Of a stretch of 64,000 nt of DNA, positions 31,471-42,052 are shown piece after piece. Under the pieces are notes generated by a model. That model worked only from the letters and a program-made list of their open reading frames with translations. It ran no database searches and had not been told where the DNA came from. The translations under genes and the position numbers were made by a program. How positions within the stretch are numbered: the stretch's first letter is position 1; every line of letters begins with the position of its first letter. The stretch is taken from IMG/VR virus record IMGVR_UViG_3300032313_001465, positions 1 through 64,000 of that record, one strand, 5' to 3'. This stretch comes from a virus.

Positions 31471-32279
31471 AATTATTTGTAAATCACCTTAGTGAGGAAA
31501 ATATAAAAAAAAATCTTAAATCAATAGAACATACAGATTTTTCTTTATTTATTGATGATATTCCAAAATTTCAAAATAATTTATCCTCAATTAATATCTT
31601 AGTACTTCAAGAACCAAATGAATATTTTGGTTTACATGATTGGGCTATTCAAAATAAAAACTTATTCTCATTCATATTAACTTGGGATGATAAGATATTA
31701 AATAATTGTGAAAACGCTATATTTCTTCCATTTGGTCATACTTGGTTTACTTCAGATCAATATGAACGAGATTACAATAAAGAATTCAAAATATCTCATT
31801 TAAGAGGGAACTTATTAAAGTCATATGGACATCAAATGCGTTGGGATATTCTAGATAGAAAAAATGAAATAAAAATTCCCACTAAATTTTTTGATGTATA
31901 TGGTGATAGATATGATATTAAAGATGCTAAGAAAGGTAAAGAAGAAGTTTTTGGAGATTCAATGTTTGGAATAGCTATTGAAAATTTTTCTCACCGAGGA
32001 TATTTCACTGAAAAAATATTAGATTGTTTTTTATTAAAAACTATTCCCATATATAATGGGTGTTCTAATATAGGTGATTTCTTTAATAAAGAAGGAATTA
32101 TAGAATTTGGAAATGTGGATGATTTTATTTATATTAGTAATCAATTAACCGAAGAATTTTATATATCTAAAAAACATATTATAGAAGAAAACTACCAATT
32201 AGCCCTTCAGTATGTTGATTATGAACAAAACATAATTAATAAAATAAAAGAAATATTTAACCTAAATCAATTAATATGA
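31467..32279 (+). CDS. GT10-like (fucosyltransferase-type) glycosyltransferase
   Basis: FGIAIENF...YFTEKILDCF...PIY.G. Confidence 0.75.
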   Translation: MKLFVNHLSEENIKKNLKSIEHTDFSLFIDDIPKFQNNLSSINILVLQEPNEYFGLHDWAIQNKNLFSFILTWDDKILNNCENAIFLPFGHTWFTSDQYERDYNKEFKISHLRGNLLKSYGHQMRWDILDRKNEIKIPTKFFDVYGDRYDIKDAKKGKEEVFGDSMFGIAIENFSHRGYFTEKILDCFLLKTIPIYNGCSNIGDFFNKEGIIEFGNVDDFIYISNQLTEEFYISKKHIIEENYQLALQYVDYEQNIINKIKEIFNLNQLI

Positions 32280-33418
32280 AAAAAGTATGGTATGCCCCTT
32301 ATAAATTTGAATCTTATGGAGAAGAAGAAATTAAAGCTGTAGAAGAATCTCTTCGTTCAGGATGGTTGGGGGGACAAGGTCCTAAATCTATTGAATTTGA
32401 AGAAGAAATAGCTAAACGTTTTGGTAAAAAATATGGTGTATTTGTTAACTCAGGTTCATCTGCTAATTTATTAGCTTTAGCAGCTTTAAATTTACCAAAA
32501 GGTAGTAAAATAATTACTCCAGCATGTACTTTTGCTACAACACTTGCCCCAATTATCCAACTAGGATATATTCCTATTTTTGTGGACGTGGTTTTAGACA
32601 GTTATGTAGCAGATATTGATCAAATCATTAAAGCCATTACCCCAGAAATAAAAGCTATTATAATACCCAATTTAATAGGAAATAAAATTGATTGGAAAAA
32701 ACTTAAAGATAATTTAAGATTATTAGGAAGAAAAGATATATACTTAATTGAAGATTCCGCAGATACTATTACATATACTTCTGAGAGTGATGTATCTACT
32801 ACTAGTTTTTATGCTTCACATATTATAACGGCAGGTGGAGTAGGGGGAATGGTTATGTTTAATGATAAGAAACAAGTTGAATTGTGTCTACAATATAGAG
32901 ATTGGGGTAGAATTGGTGGTGACTCTGAAGCTATGGAAGATCGTTTTAACCATAAAGTGGATGGTATTCCATATGATCATAAATTTTTATATGGTGTTTT
33001 AGGTTATCATATGAAAGCTTGTGAAATGAATGCTGCTTTTGGTTTAGTTCAATTAAATCGTTTTGAAAAATTTTCTCAAATAAGAAGACAAAATATTAAA
33101 CGTTATATAGAAAACTTACAAAATGTAGGAGATTTAATTCTTCCTGATGACTCTATTGAACCTAATTGGTTAGCAATTCCATTACAAACAGAAAATCGTT
33201 ATGAGTTGCTTAATTTTTTAGAAACAAATAATATCCAAACTCGCGTAACATTTGCTGGTAATGTAACTCGCCATCCTATTTACAGAGAATATCTACAACC
33301 ATTTGAAAACTCGGATGTTATTATGAAAAATGGGTTTTTATTAGGTGCCCACCATGGAATGAATATTGAAGACGTAGATTATGTTTGTAATAAAATTAAA
33401 GAATTTTTTAATAGATAA
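32276..33418 (+). CDS. DegT-family PLP/PMP enzyme, RfbH/ColD-type NDP-4-keto-6-deoxysugar 3-dehydratase
   Basis: VNSGSSANL, EDSAD, SFYASHIIT (His at the usual Lys position), DWGR. Confidence 0.8.
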   Translation: MKKVWYAPYKFESYGEEEIKAVEESLRSGWLGGQGPKSIEFEEEIAKRFGKKYGVFVNSGSSANLLALAALNLPKGSKIITPACTFATTLAPIIQLGYIPIFVDVVLDSYVADIDQIIKAITPEIKAIIIPNLIGNKIDWKKLKDNLRLLGRKDIYLIEDSADTITYTSESDVSTTSFYASHIITAGGVGGMVMFNDKKQVELCLQYRDWGRIGGDSEAMEDRFNHKVDGIPYDHKFLYGVLGYHMKACEMNAAFGLVQLNRFEKFSQIRRQNIKRYIENLQNVGDLILPDDSIEPNWLAIPLQTENRYELLNFLETNNIQTRVTFAGNVTRHPIYREYLQPFENSDVIMKNGFLLGAHHGMNIEDVDYVCNKIKEFFNR

Positions 33419-34029
33419 TGGATTTAAAAAAACGAATAGTCGAAATTGCTTTTAAACACAAATTAGGTCATTTAGGAAGCTATCTTTCTAGTGTTGAAAT
33501 AATAAATGAAATATATTCTAAAATGGATAAAGATGATATATTCATCTTATCCTCAGGGCATGCTTCATTAGCGATGTATGTTTGTATAGAAAAATATTTT
33601 GGTATTAATGCAGAAATGTTATTTTTAAAACATGGGGGCCATCCCCACAGAGATGAAGAAAATAAGATTCACTGTTCAACAGGTAGTTTAGGTTTAGGTT
33701 TACCAATTGCATTAGGTAGAGCTTTATCTAATCGTACTAGAAAAGTATGGGTACTAATTAGCGATGGTGAAGCAGCTGAAGGTAGTATATGGGAATCACT
33801 CAAAACTATACAAGAGTTGGAAATTGATAATATTGAAGTGTTTGTAAATATAAATGGAGTTTGTGCCTACAAGGAAGTAAACCCAGAGTATATGACGGCA
33901 AGGCTTAAAGCATTTTTATCAAGAATACAGTTAAGATATACTACAGTCGAGCAATATCCTTTTTTAAAAGGACTTAATGCTCATTATCACATTATGGATG
34001 ATCACGATTATAAATCAACACTATTATGA
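33418..34029 (+). CDS. Transketolase-like, N-terminal TPP-binding subunit
   Basis: GHLGS, LSSGHA, STGSLGLG, SDGEAAEG. Confidence 0.88.
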   Translation: MDLKKRIVEIAFKHKLGHLGSYLSSVEIINEIYSKMDKDDIFILSSGHASLAMYVCIEKYFGINAEMLFLKHGGHPHRDEENKIHCSTGSLGLGLPIALGRALSNRTRKVWVLISDGEAAEGSIWESLKTIQELEIDNIEVFVNINGVCAYKEVNPEYMTARLKAFLSRIQLRYTTVEQYPFLKGLNAHYHIMDDHDYKSTLL

Positions 34030-34502
34030 GAAAAGCATTTGCACAACTTTTGCACGCTGAAATGGCTACCAATCCAGATATTTATCTAATTACAGGTGAT
34101 TTAGGATATGGATTATGGGATAAGGTTAGAGACGATTACCCAGATAGATTTTATAATGTAGGCTCTTCTGAGATGGTTATGATGGGAGCAGCTATTGGAT
34201 TAGCTATGGATAAAAAGATACCTTATGTTTATTCCATTACACCATTTGCAATTTACAGACCTTTTGAAATGATACGTAACTATCTTGATCATGAAAAGAT
34301 ACCAGTAAACATCATAGGTGGAGGAAGAGATAAAGAATATGGTTATTTAGGGTTTTCACACTGGTCTCACGATGATAAAAAGATAATGAGTGTATTTGAT
34401 AATATTAAGTCTTTTTGGCCTGAAAATGAGGAAGAAATGGCTATTACGTTTAATCAAACGTTGACAAAAAAAGTCCCAACTTACATAAATTTAAAACGAT
34501 GA
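34026..34502 (+). CDS. Transketolase-like, pyrimidine-binding subunit
   Basis: TGDLG, NVGSSE, RPFEMIR, GFSH. Confidence 0.85.
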   Translation: MRKAFAQLLHAEMATNPDIYLITGDLGYGLWDKVRDDYPDRFYNVGSSEMVMMGAAIGLAMDKKIPYVYSITPFAIYRPFEMIRNYLDHEKIPVNIIGGGRDKEYGYLGFSHWSHDDKKIMSVFDNIKSFWPENEEEMAITFNQTLTKKVPTYINLKR

Positions 34503-35278
34503 AAATATTAATAACAGGAGGTAACGGATACATTGCTAAGAGCTTAAACAAAGCTTTTAAGGATGCTTATGATGTTACTCTAATCACACGACAAGACTTT
34601 GATCTACTAGATAGTAGGGCTGTAAACTTCTGGTTTAAGGATAAATATTTTGATGTTGTGATACACACCGCTGTAGCTGGTGGTAGCAGGTTAAAACCTG
34701 ATATCGCTGAAGTATTAGATATAAACCTGATAATGTATTATAATTTAATTAGCAATCGTGATAGGTTTGATAAATTTATACATTTTGGATCGGGTGCTGA
34801 GCTATTAATGAAAGATACACCTTATGGTTTAAGTAAGCATATTATTCGAGAGTCTTTATTGATTAAAGCGAATTGCTATAACATTAGAATATATGGAGTA
34901 TTTGATGAAAACGAATTAGATACAAGATTTGTTAAATCAAATATAAAACGGTATATTAATAAAGGGCCAATGCTAGTACAAGATAAAAAAATGTCTTTTT
35001 TCTATATGGAGGATTTAGTTATGCTGGTCAAACATCACATAGATACAGATGCATCAAAATTAATGCAAGAATGTAGTTGTGCATATATACAAGAGACATC
35101 TTTATTGGATATCGCTAACATAATTAATCAATTGAGTGATTACAGAATACCAATTTACATGGATACACAACCTAGCATGGACTATCAATCAGAACTTAAT
35201 GCACCGTATGGATTAAAGTATATTGGGCTAAGACAAGGAATAATAAACACTTATAATAAATTAAAAAATGAATATTAA
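34499..35278 (+). CDS. NAD-dependent epimerase/dehydratase (extended SDR)
   Basis: ITGGNGYI, YGLSK. Confidence 0.88.
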   Translation: MKILITGGNGYIAKSLNKAFKDAYDVTLITRQDFDLLDSRAVNFWFKDKYFDVVIHTAVAGGSRLKPDIAEVLDINLIMYYNLISNRDRFDKFIHFGSGAELLMKDTPYGLSKHIIRESLLIKANCYNIRIYGVFDENELDTRFVKSNIKRYINKGPMLVQDKKMSFFYMEDLVMLVKHHIDTDASKLMQECSCAYIQETSLLDIANIINQLSDYRIPIYMDTQPSMDYQSELNAPYGLKYIGLRQGIINTYNKLKNEY

Positions 35279-36209
35279 AATAATGCTCCACATAATGCCG
35301 TGGGATATAGATTATGCATTGTTAATTTTTGATAAGTTGAAGCAGTCCTCTTATTTTATAAATAGTGATGATAAAATTTATATTGATTCTTTTTTAAATT
35401 TATCGCATGATATAATTGATTGGGATAATTCTACATTTCCAAAAGAATATTTTATAAAAAAATATCAAGTATTAGATGACTTAATAAAAAATGTTTTTAT
35501 TCATAAACCATTTATATATGATAAAGAGGGGATTTATGGTCATTTAGATTCCCAAAAAACAATAATTGAATCACATATTGATTACTATATAGGGTTATGT
35601 CCCGATGTTGATTTTCAAGAACATCTTCTTTATTACTTAATAGAATCGGCTAAACAAATAAAAAATGAATATTTTGTTTTAACACCACAAATTTTTAAAT
35701 GTTGGGATTCAAGTTGGGATATTTTAGTAAATTCAAAATTCCAACAAATTCCATATAGTCAATGTTACAATATTGATATCCATAAAATACGACATGATTG
35801 TTTAGAATTAGATACTCCTATATTAAAAAAATCTCCTGTTTTTAAATTTGCCGGTTGGCTAGATTTATACAATAAGAACTTTTATGAGAAATTAATTCCT
35901 ACCTTAGATGAATGGAAAGGTTACGGTCCTTGGGATCTATACGCTATGAATGTGTGTGAGATAGCTAAATCTAAAGGGGTAGATGTAGAACAATACATTT
36001 TGGAAAATCAAGTAATATGGTTTAAAGATGTGGGTTGTTGGCAAAATAAAGAAGAACATGCAGGTCATGGGAAAATAAGATTAATTTATAAAGATTTTTT
36101 ATCAATAATAATTGGAAGACAAGAACAGAGATCATATATTGATACAAATATGGTTCAATATTTAAATCAATGGGTAGAATATGCTAAAAATAATAATATA
36201 ATTAAATAA
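35268..36209 (+). CDS. Hypothetical protein, possibly a divergent GT-A glycosyltransferase
   Basis: PDVD, GYGPWD; within the sugar cluster. Confidence 0.5.
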   Translation: MNIKIMLHIMPWDIDYALLIFDKLKQSSYFINSDDKIYIDSFLNLSHDIIDWDNSTFPKEYFIKKYQVLDDLIKNVFIHKPFIYDKEGIYGHLDSQKTIIESHIDYYIGLCPDVDFQEHLLYYLIESAKQIKNEYFVLTPQIFKCWDSSWDILVNSKFQQIPYSQCYNIDIHKIRHDCLELDTPILKKSPVFKFAGWLDLYNKNFYEKLIPTLDEWKGYGPWDLYAMNVCEIAKSKGVDVEQYILENQVIWFKDVGCWQNKEEHAGHGKIRLIYKDFLSIIIGRQEQRSYIDTNMVQYLNQWVEYAKNNNIIK

Positions 36210-36212
36210 AAT

Positions 36213-36908
36213 ATGAAAACAATTACAACTTATGAAGATCTAGTCCAAGATCTTATTGATAATAAAATTACTATGGTTCGACCAGATGAATTTAAAACTA
36301 TACTTAAGCACTATCCTAAAATATCTGAGGTAGAAGGAGATATAGTAGAATGTGGGGTCTGGAGAGGTGGATTTTCAATATTTCTAAGTTACATATTTCA
36401 AGATAAAAATATCTGGGTATGTGACTCATATGAAGGATTTCAACCTTTAGAAACTGCTAAACATAAATATGATAAAGAAAGACATATTCCCCAATATACA
36501 CATAATGCTATAGGCCCATTAGGTATTAGTTTAGAAGAAGTTCAATCCCATTTTAGAAATTATGGTTTAGGAGATCAAGATCGAATTAAATTTTTAAAAG
36601 GATTTGTTAAAGATACCCTACCAACATCAGGAATTGAGAAAATAGCTTTATTAAGGATAGATGTGGACGCATATTCAGCTACATTAGAAACTTTAGAAGA
36701 ACTATATGATAAAGTTCAACCTAGGGGATATATTATTTTTGATGATTCATGTTTATATGAAACTCTAGATGCTATAAAAGTATTTTTTAAACAAAGAAAT
36801 TTACCTGAATTTATAAACCACCCAGTAACTGGTCAACCTTTAAATATTAATGAAAAACACACTGATGATAATTCAGGGTTACCAGCAGGATGTTATATTA
36901 TAAAATAA
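36213..36908 (+). CDS. TylF/MycF-family sugar O-methyltransferase
   Basis: GDIVECGVWRGG, DSYEG, LRIDVD.Y, IFDD. Confidence 0.88.
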   Translation: MKTITTYEDLVQDLIDNKITMVRPDEFKTILKHYPKISEVEGDIVECGVWRGGFSIFLSYIFQDKNIWVCDSYEGFQPLETAKHKYDKERHIPQYTHNAIGPLGISLEEVQSHFRNYGLGDQDRIKFLKGFVKDTLPTSGIEKIALLRIDVDAYSATLETLEELYDKVQPRGYIIFDDSCLYETLDAIKVFFKQRNLPEFINHPVTGQPLNINEKHTDDNSGLPAGCYIIK

Positions 36909-36915
36909 ATAAGAT

Positions 36916-37623
36916 ATGAAAAAAACACTAACACAAATCGCAAATTCAATTGGAATTGATAAAGGAACAATTACAAATTCATGCCATGGATTTACAAAAA
37001 TGTATGATGATATATTAACTCCTTTAAGAGAAAAATCTATTATTATGTTAGAAATAGGAGTATCTGGGGGCGGTTCTCTTAAAATGTGGGAAGAATATTT
37101 TTCGGATGCTATAATTATTGCTCTAGACATTGTTAATGAGACTCATTTATCAAATGATAAAACTTTTGTTTACCAATTAGATCAATCTGATGAAACTCAA
37201 TTACAAAATTTTGTAAATCAATGTAAAGAAAACGGATACGAATTTGATTTTATTATTGATGATGGAAGTCACCATATGCAAGATCAACAATTAACATTAG
37301 CTTATCTCTTTCCATTATTAAAGTCTCAAGGAATATATGTTATAGAAGATCTCCATACATCTTTACTTCCTAATGGTTATCCATTATACGGAAAACTTAC
37401 AGAAATCTTCCCGGATAGATATAATACTACATTAAATTATCTTTCTCATGGTGTAGATAGTATTTATATTACTGCAGAACAAAATATATATTTAAATAAA
37501 AATATTGATTCTATTAATATACATAATATATTTAATCCTATTATAGATACATGGCATGAATCTTTAGGTGTAGGAAAACCATATATGGGAAGAAGCATAA
37601 CATCATTTATAATTAAAAAATAA
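36916..37623 (+). CDS. SAM-dependent methyltransferase
   Basis: LEIGV..GGSL, IIDDGSH, YVIED. Confidence 0.82.
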   Translation: MKKTLTQIANSIGIDKGTITNSCHGFTKMYDDILTPLREKSIIMLEIGVSGGGSLKMWEEYFSDAIIIALDIVNETHLSNDKTFVYQLDQSDETQLQNFVNQCKENGYEFDFIIDDGSHHMQDQQLTLAYLFPLLKSQGIYVIEDLHTSLLPNGYPLYGKLTEIFPDRYNTTLNYLSHGVDSIYITAEQNIYLNKNIDSINIHNIFNPIIDTWHESLGVGKPYMGRSITSFIIKK

Positions 37624-37627
37624 GAAT

Positions 37628-38209
37628 ATGAAGATAATTCAAATAGGAGCTAATAATGGAAAAGATAGTGTTTTTGACTTTATTAAAGAAAATCAAAAAT
37701 TTTTAGAGTTAGCTATACTAGTAGAACCTATACCTTTTATTATTGATGAATTAAAATCTCAATATGAAGGTATAAATAATGTTGTAGTAGAAAATATAGC
37801 TATAACTGACGAAGAAAATTCTGAAAAAATGACTCTATATTATTTAGGAGATAGTAATTATGAGGTAAGTTCCTTTAGTAAGGATCATGTCATAACCCAT
37901 AAACCTCCAGGTTCATCATTTTCATTAGAATCATTAGAAGTTTCTTGTTTAACTATTAATAAGATTATGACTAAATATAATTTAGAAGTAATAGACTATC
38001 TATTTATAGATACAGAAGGATTAGATGTTCATATAATAGCTAGTATTGATTTTACAAAATATAAAATTAAAAATATCATATTTGAAGCTGTTCATACTGA
38101 TGGTGCATTTCATAAAGGGGAAAATTTTAATAAGATATGTAATTATCTAAATCAATTAGAATATAGTCTATCAAATATAGATCAATTAAATATAAAAGCT
38201 AGTCTATGA
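37628..38209 (+). CDS. FkbM-family methyltransferase
   Basis: QIGANNG, VEP, IDTEG. Confidence 0.85.
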   Translation: MKIIQIGANNGKDSVFDFIKENQKFLELAILVEPIPFIIDELKSQYEGINNVVVENIAITDEENSEKMTLYYLGDSNYEVSSFSKDHVITHKPPGSSFSLESLEVSCLTINKIMTKYNLEVIDYLFIDTEGLDVHIIASIDFTKYKIKNIIFEAVHTDGAFHKGENFNKICNYLNQLEYSLSNIDQLNIKASL

Positions 38210-38934
38210 AAATAATATATAGAATATCAGATTCTGGTTATAACAAAGTAAAACCAGACTATATTACAAACGAAAACTGTCTTAAAAATTTTGTTTACGT
38301 ATTTGGTAATCAAAATCTTGAGATTATAGCAGATAATTGTAGCAAAGAAACACTACAAATGATTACTAAATATGTTTATCCTAACAAAATATCCTCAGTA
38401 TCAGTGGGTCATGGAGCTGGGACATTTAATTTAGCCCTAGATATGGCTTTAAAATGGGATGATGATGAAATAGTTTATTTTGTAGAAAATGATTATTTAC
38501 ATTTACAAAATTCTCCTCAAATACTAGAAGAAGGGTTTAAATTAGGAGCTCCATATGTAACTTTATATCTTCATCCTGATAAATTTATCTCACCCACAAG
38601 TGGTGGGAATCCTGAGGTTGGTGATGATGGTGGGTACTTAACTAGAATTTATAGAGGTGAAACTCAATTATTTGGGATGTTTAATAGTACAACTATGACT
38701 TTTGCTGCTAAAGTAAAAACATTAAAAGAAGATGAGGAAATATTAAGAAAATGGACAAATGGAACTCACCCTGATGATTTTAGAATGTTTCTTGAATTAA
38801 GAGATAAAGGAAATGCATTATTATGTCCCTTAAACACATTCAGCACACATGGTGAAACAAATTGGTTGGCCCCTTTATATAAAATAAAACAAGAAAATCT
38901 AGTTGAAGAATGGAAAAAACACTTATTTCAGTAA
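38206..38934 (+). CDS. GT-A-like glycosyltransferase
   Basis: IADN, YFVENDYLH, STHGE. Confidence 0.6.
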   Translation: MKIIYRISDSGYNKVKPDYITNENCLKNFVYVFGNQNLEIIADNCSKETLQMITKYVYPNKISSVSVGHGAGTFNLALDMALKWDDDEIVYFVENDYLHLQNSPQILEEGFKLGAPYVTLYLHPDKFISPTSGGNPEVGDDGGYLTRIYRGETQLFGMFNSTTMTFAAKVKTLKEDEEILRKWTNGTHPDDFRMFLELRDKGNALLCPLNTFSTHGETNWLAPLYKIKQENLVEEWKKHLFQ

Positions 38935-39674
38935 TTATCCCAACTTACAAATCCCCAGAAATGTTAGATTTATGTCTACGTTCTGCTATTGAGGGCCAAC
39001 AAAATAAAAATCAAATTATAGTTGTTGTAGATGGATTTTATGAATTAAATAAAGAGGTACTTGAAAAATGGTCTGAACATATTGATATTTTAAATCTAGA
39101 ACAAAATGTAGGTTTATGTAGAGGTACTAATTTAGGAGTATATAATGCTAAACACGATAAAGTACTTATTGTGAATGATGACAATGTATTTCCATATGGA
39201 TGGGACAAAGAATTATTGAAAGACTATATCCCAAATTCCGTAATATCCCCAAATCAAATTGAACCCACACCTAGTATGTTTAATCAATTTTATATTAGAG
39301 ATTGTGGGCGTGATCCTAAAACATTTAGTTTAGAAAATTATTGGAAATACGAAGAACCACTACGTGGATTTTTTCCTGATGAAAGTGGTTCTACACTACC
39401 TATTTTCATGTCTAAAATAGATTATTTAAAAGTAGGTGGTTGGGATGAAAACTATGAACAAGGGATGGTAGCAGACTGGGATTTCTTTTTAAAATGTCAA
39501 CTCTCAGGTCTTAAAATGCTTAGAACATATAATTGTCATTTTTACCATTTTGCTTCAGTTTCAGTTAATGGAGAAAAAAGAAGACAAGCTGAAATTCAAG
39601 GTCACGAATATGCTAAATATAAATGGGGGAATTATATAAAACATAACCCAAATACTAACCTTAAATATTTATAA
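38910..39674 (+). CDS. GT2 glycosyltransferase
   Basis: ISVIIPTY, VVVDG, VNDD, GGWDE, DWDF. Confidence 0.9.
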   Translation: MEKTLISVIIPTYKSPEMLDLCLRSAIEGQQNKNQIIVVVDGFYELNKEVLEKWSEHIDILNLEQNVGLCRGTNLGVYNAKHDKVLIVNDDNVFPYGWDKELLKDYIPNSVISPNQIEPTPSMFNQFYIRDCGRDPKTFSLENYWKYEEPLRGFFPDESGSTLPIFMSKIDYLKVGGWDENYEQGMVADWDFFLKCQLSGLKMLRTYNCHFYHFASVSVNGEKRRQAEIQGHEYAKYKWGNYIKHNPNTNLKYL

Positions 39675-39686
39675 TAAACTAATATT

Positions 39687-39998
39687 ATGGAAGAGGTAAA
39701 AGTAAGAAAACCAAAGGAGTTAGTTATTAATTATAATAATGAGACTGATTTGAATGAACTATGCACTTCAGATGTATTTTCAGATTTCATATTAAGTGAA
39801 ACCTTAGAAGCAATAGAAGAAGCTATTGAAACTAACAAAACCGAAGCACATATAATTAATATATCCAACTATAGATTTAAAATTACTATTAATAGAGAAC
39901 AATTTGAATCAGCTATCAATAGTGTTTTGAAAAAATATGAGAAAGAGGAAAATTATGATAAGTGTATTTATTTAACTCAATTAATAAAAAAGATATGA
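39687..39998 (+). CDS. Hypothetical protein with UVR-like C-terminal motif
   Basis: EKEENYDKC; resembles 41467..41772 (EKYEDYEGC). Confidence 0.55.
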   Translation: MEEVKVRKPKELVINYNNETDLNELCTSDVFSDFILSETLEAIEEAIETNKTEAHIINISNYRFKITINREQFESAINSVLKKYEKEENYDKCIYLTQLIKKI

Positions 39999-40159
39999 AC
40001 GAAGAATACGGGTTTTTTTCCAAGAGTGATGATAAACAAGAGATTATTTATAAAGCAAAAAGTATAAGTAAAAGAGATGCTATTGAATTATTTGCTCGAA
40101 TAAAAAATTTAACTATCGATATTTTTAAATCATTATATTCTGTAATTAAAATACGATAA
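39995..40159 (+). CDS. Hypothetical protein
   Basis: ATGA overlap with the upstream gene. Confidence 0.55.
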   Translation: MNEEYGFFSKSDDKQEIIYKAKSISKRDAIELFARIKNLTIDIFKSLYSVIKIR

Positions 40160-40638
40160 TGGACCCAAAGAAAAATATTCAAGAATTACTCCAACAAATT
40201 ATTGGAGCTAAGATTACTTTAGAAGAACACACTATAGATAGTGATAAAGAAATATTTTGTAATATTTTAGAATCATGGGTCGCATCTTGGGAAAAACAAC
40301 AATATATCTATGAACTATATCAAATCGATCTTCAAGGTTATGATGAAAGTTTATATGAAATAATTGATGCTTTTGTTATGTTGTATTTTAAAAACTCTAG
40401 ACTGTCTGATTTAATATTATGGTATGTTTATGAGAGGAAAAATATATTTGGTGGAGAAGAAGAATATGCTAAATTATACAATTCAAAAAGCGATAAAGAA
40501 ATAGACATCACCACTCCCGAGAAATTCTGGGATCTAATCCAGGAAATTATAAATAATACTGTTAAAGTAGATGACCTGGAAGTTATTGGGTTAGAAGAGG
40601 AAGATGAAGATGATGAGGATGATGAAGAGGAAGAATAA
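40159..40638 (+). CDS. Hypothetical protein with acidic tail
   Basis: 159 aa, poly-D/E C-terminus. Confidence 0.65.
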   Translation: MDPKKNIQELLQQIIGAKITLEEHTIDSDKEIFCNILESWVASWEKQQYIYELYQIDLQGYDESLYEIIDAFVMLYFKNSRLSDLILWYVYERKNIFGGEEEYAKLYNSKSDKEIDITTPEKFWDLIQEIINNTVKVDDLEVIGLEEEDEDDEDDEEEE

Positions 40639-41291
40639 TGAGAGTAAAACATATAACTAAAGAGGATTGCTTACGAGCAATGAGACATACTAAATCAAAT
40701 AGAGCGGCTGCTCGGTATTTAGGAGTATCATATCAACACTATAGAAAATTTGCTTTATTATATAAAAATGAAGAAGGCAAATCCCTTCTAGATGTACATT
40801 CTAACCCGTCAGGTAAAGGTATAAGAAAATTTGTTACGGATCCTAATAAACACCCCCATTCCAAACAAGAGATAGCAATGGTTGACTTGATGGAAGGAAG
40901 AATAGATCCATCCCACTATACTGCTAAAAGAATAAAAACTAGACTAATTAATGATGGTATTCTAAAAGATGAATGCTATAGGTGTGGCTTTCATGAATAC
41001 CGAGTAGTAGATTACAAAATACCATTAGTATTACATTTTAAAGACAAAAATAAACGAAATTTCGGAGTAGATAACTTGGAACTGTTGTGTTATAATTGTT
41101 ATTTTCTTTATGTTACTGATTTATTCAATACCAAAGACCTATCAGCATTAGAAGATAATTTAGATGTAACATTCAAAACCTCGGAACATGTTGAATTAGA
41201 ATTAGATGAATATAACTTACAGAAGTTAAGAGAATTAGGATTAATGGATGATAAACCTGAAGATGGTTCTGAATTTATTTCTAGAACATAA
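40638..41291 (+). CDS. HTH plus degenerate HNH-like protein
   Basis: RAAARYLGVSY HTH; CYRCG...LHFKD...N...NLELLCYNC. Confidence 0.6.
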   Translation: MRVKHITKEDCLRAMRHTKSNRAAARYLGVSYQHYRKFALLYKNEEGKSLLDVHSNPSGKGIRKFVTDPNKHPHSKQEIAMVDLMEGRIDPSHYTAKRIKTRLINDGILKDECYRCGFHEYRVVDYKIPLVLHFKDKNKRNFGVDNLELLCYNCYFLYVTDLFNTKDLSALEDNLDVTFKTSEHVELELDEYNLQKLRELGLMDDKPEDGSEFISRT

Positions 41292-41308
41292 TATTTATTG
41301 TAAAATAG

Positions 41309-41467
41309 ATGGCTAAGCATAAAAAACATGACAAAATCGTCTCCGACTATTCAGCCCAAAAACAAAAACACTTAGAAAAACTAGCAACTCAACTTTTAAA
41401 ACAAGATGAAACAAATCAGAAATTAAAAGAGAAACAAATTAATCCTAACTTCCTAAATTTATTTTAA
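41309..41467 (+). CDS. Small hypothetical protein (52 aa, not in ORF track)
   Basis: MAKHKKHDKIV...FLNLF*; TAATATTTAT upstream; stop overlaps the next ATG. Confidence 0.55.
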   Translation: MAKHKKHDKIVSDYSAQKQKHLEKLATQLLKQDETNQKLKEKQINPNFLNLF

Positions 41468-41772
41468 TGAGTGTTTATAAAATTAAAGTCAATACTTTAG
41501 AGGAATGGGAGAACATAGTGAAAGATCAAAATTATGATGTATCAAAAGCTGTTGTTAATAAAATATTAGAAAATCTCCACACTAAAAAACGATTTATCCC
41601 AATATTAGAAATTGAAATAAATGATAATGGGGAAATTTATGATATTACTCTAGACAGAAAAAATATGTTAAATACTCTTCAAGTAAATTTAAAAATATTT
41701 GAAAAATATGAAGATTATGAAGGATGTGATAGCATTATAAAAGCTATTAATACCATATCATCTAAACGTTAG
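41467..41772 (+). CDS. Hypothetical protein with UVR-like motif
   Basis: FEKYEDYEGC. Confidence 0.55.
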   Translation: MSVYKIKVNTLEEWENIVKDQNYDVSKAVVNKILENLHTKKRFIPILEIEINDNGEIYDITLDRKNMLNTLQVNLKIFEKYEDYEGCDSIIKAINTISSKR

Positions 41773-41780
41773 TGCAAGGC

Positions 41781-41836
41781 GTCATGTAAGCGTCATACGA
41801 AATGGTTGGCAAATCGAAACCCCATTCGTATATTGA
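41781..41836 (+). promoter_or_regulatory. GTCAT-box promoter
   Basis: Exact motif spacing. Confidence 0.8.
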
Positions 41837-41858
41837 TTGCACAAGAAAAATAAAGGTT

Positions 41859-41966
41859 ATGAAAAATACATTAAAAATTATCGTAGGTTCGTTATTAGTA
41901 ATGTCAATAATCGGTGGTTCAATCGCCGCATTATGGATAATCGCAATATTGCAAGGTAATATATAA
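41859..41966 (+). CDS. Small membrane peptide (35 aa)
   Basis: MKNTLKIIVGSLLVMSIIGGSIAALWIIAILQGNI*, between two promoters. Confidence 0.55.
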   Translation: MKNTLKIIVGSLLVMSIIGGSIAALWIIAILQGNI

Positions 41967-41969
41967 GAC

Positions 41970-42033
41970 GTCATACCTACGTCATACGAGAAGGTTGGCA
42001 AATCGAAACACCGTTCGTATATTGACGTATAAT
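41970..42033 (+). promoter_or_regulatory. GTCAT-box promoter
   Basis: Exact motif spacing. Confidence 0.8.
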
Positions 42034-42052
42034 AAAAATTAAAATAAAAAAT

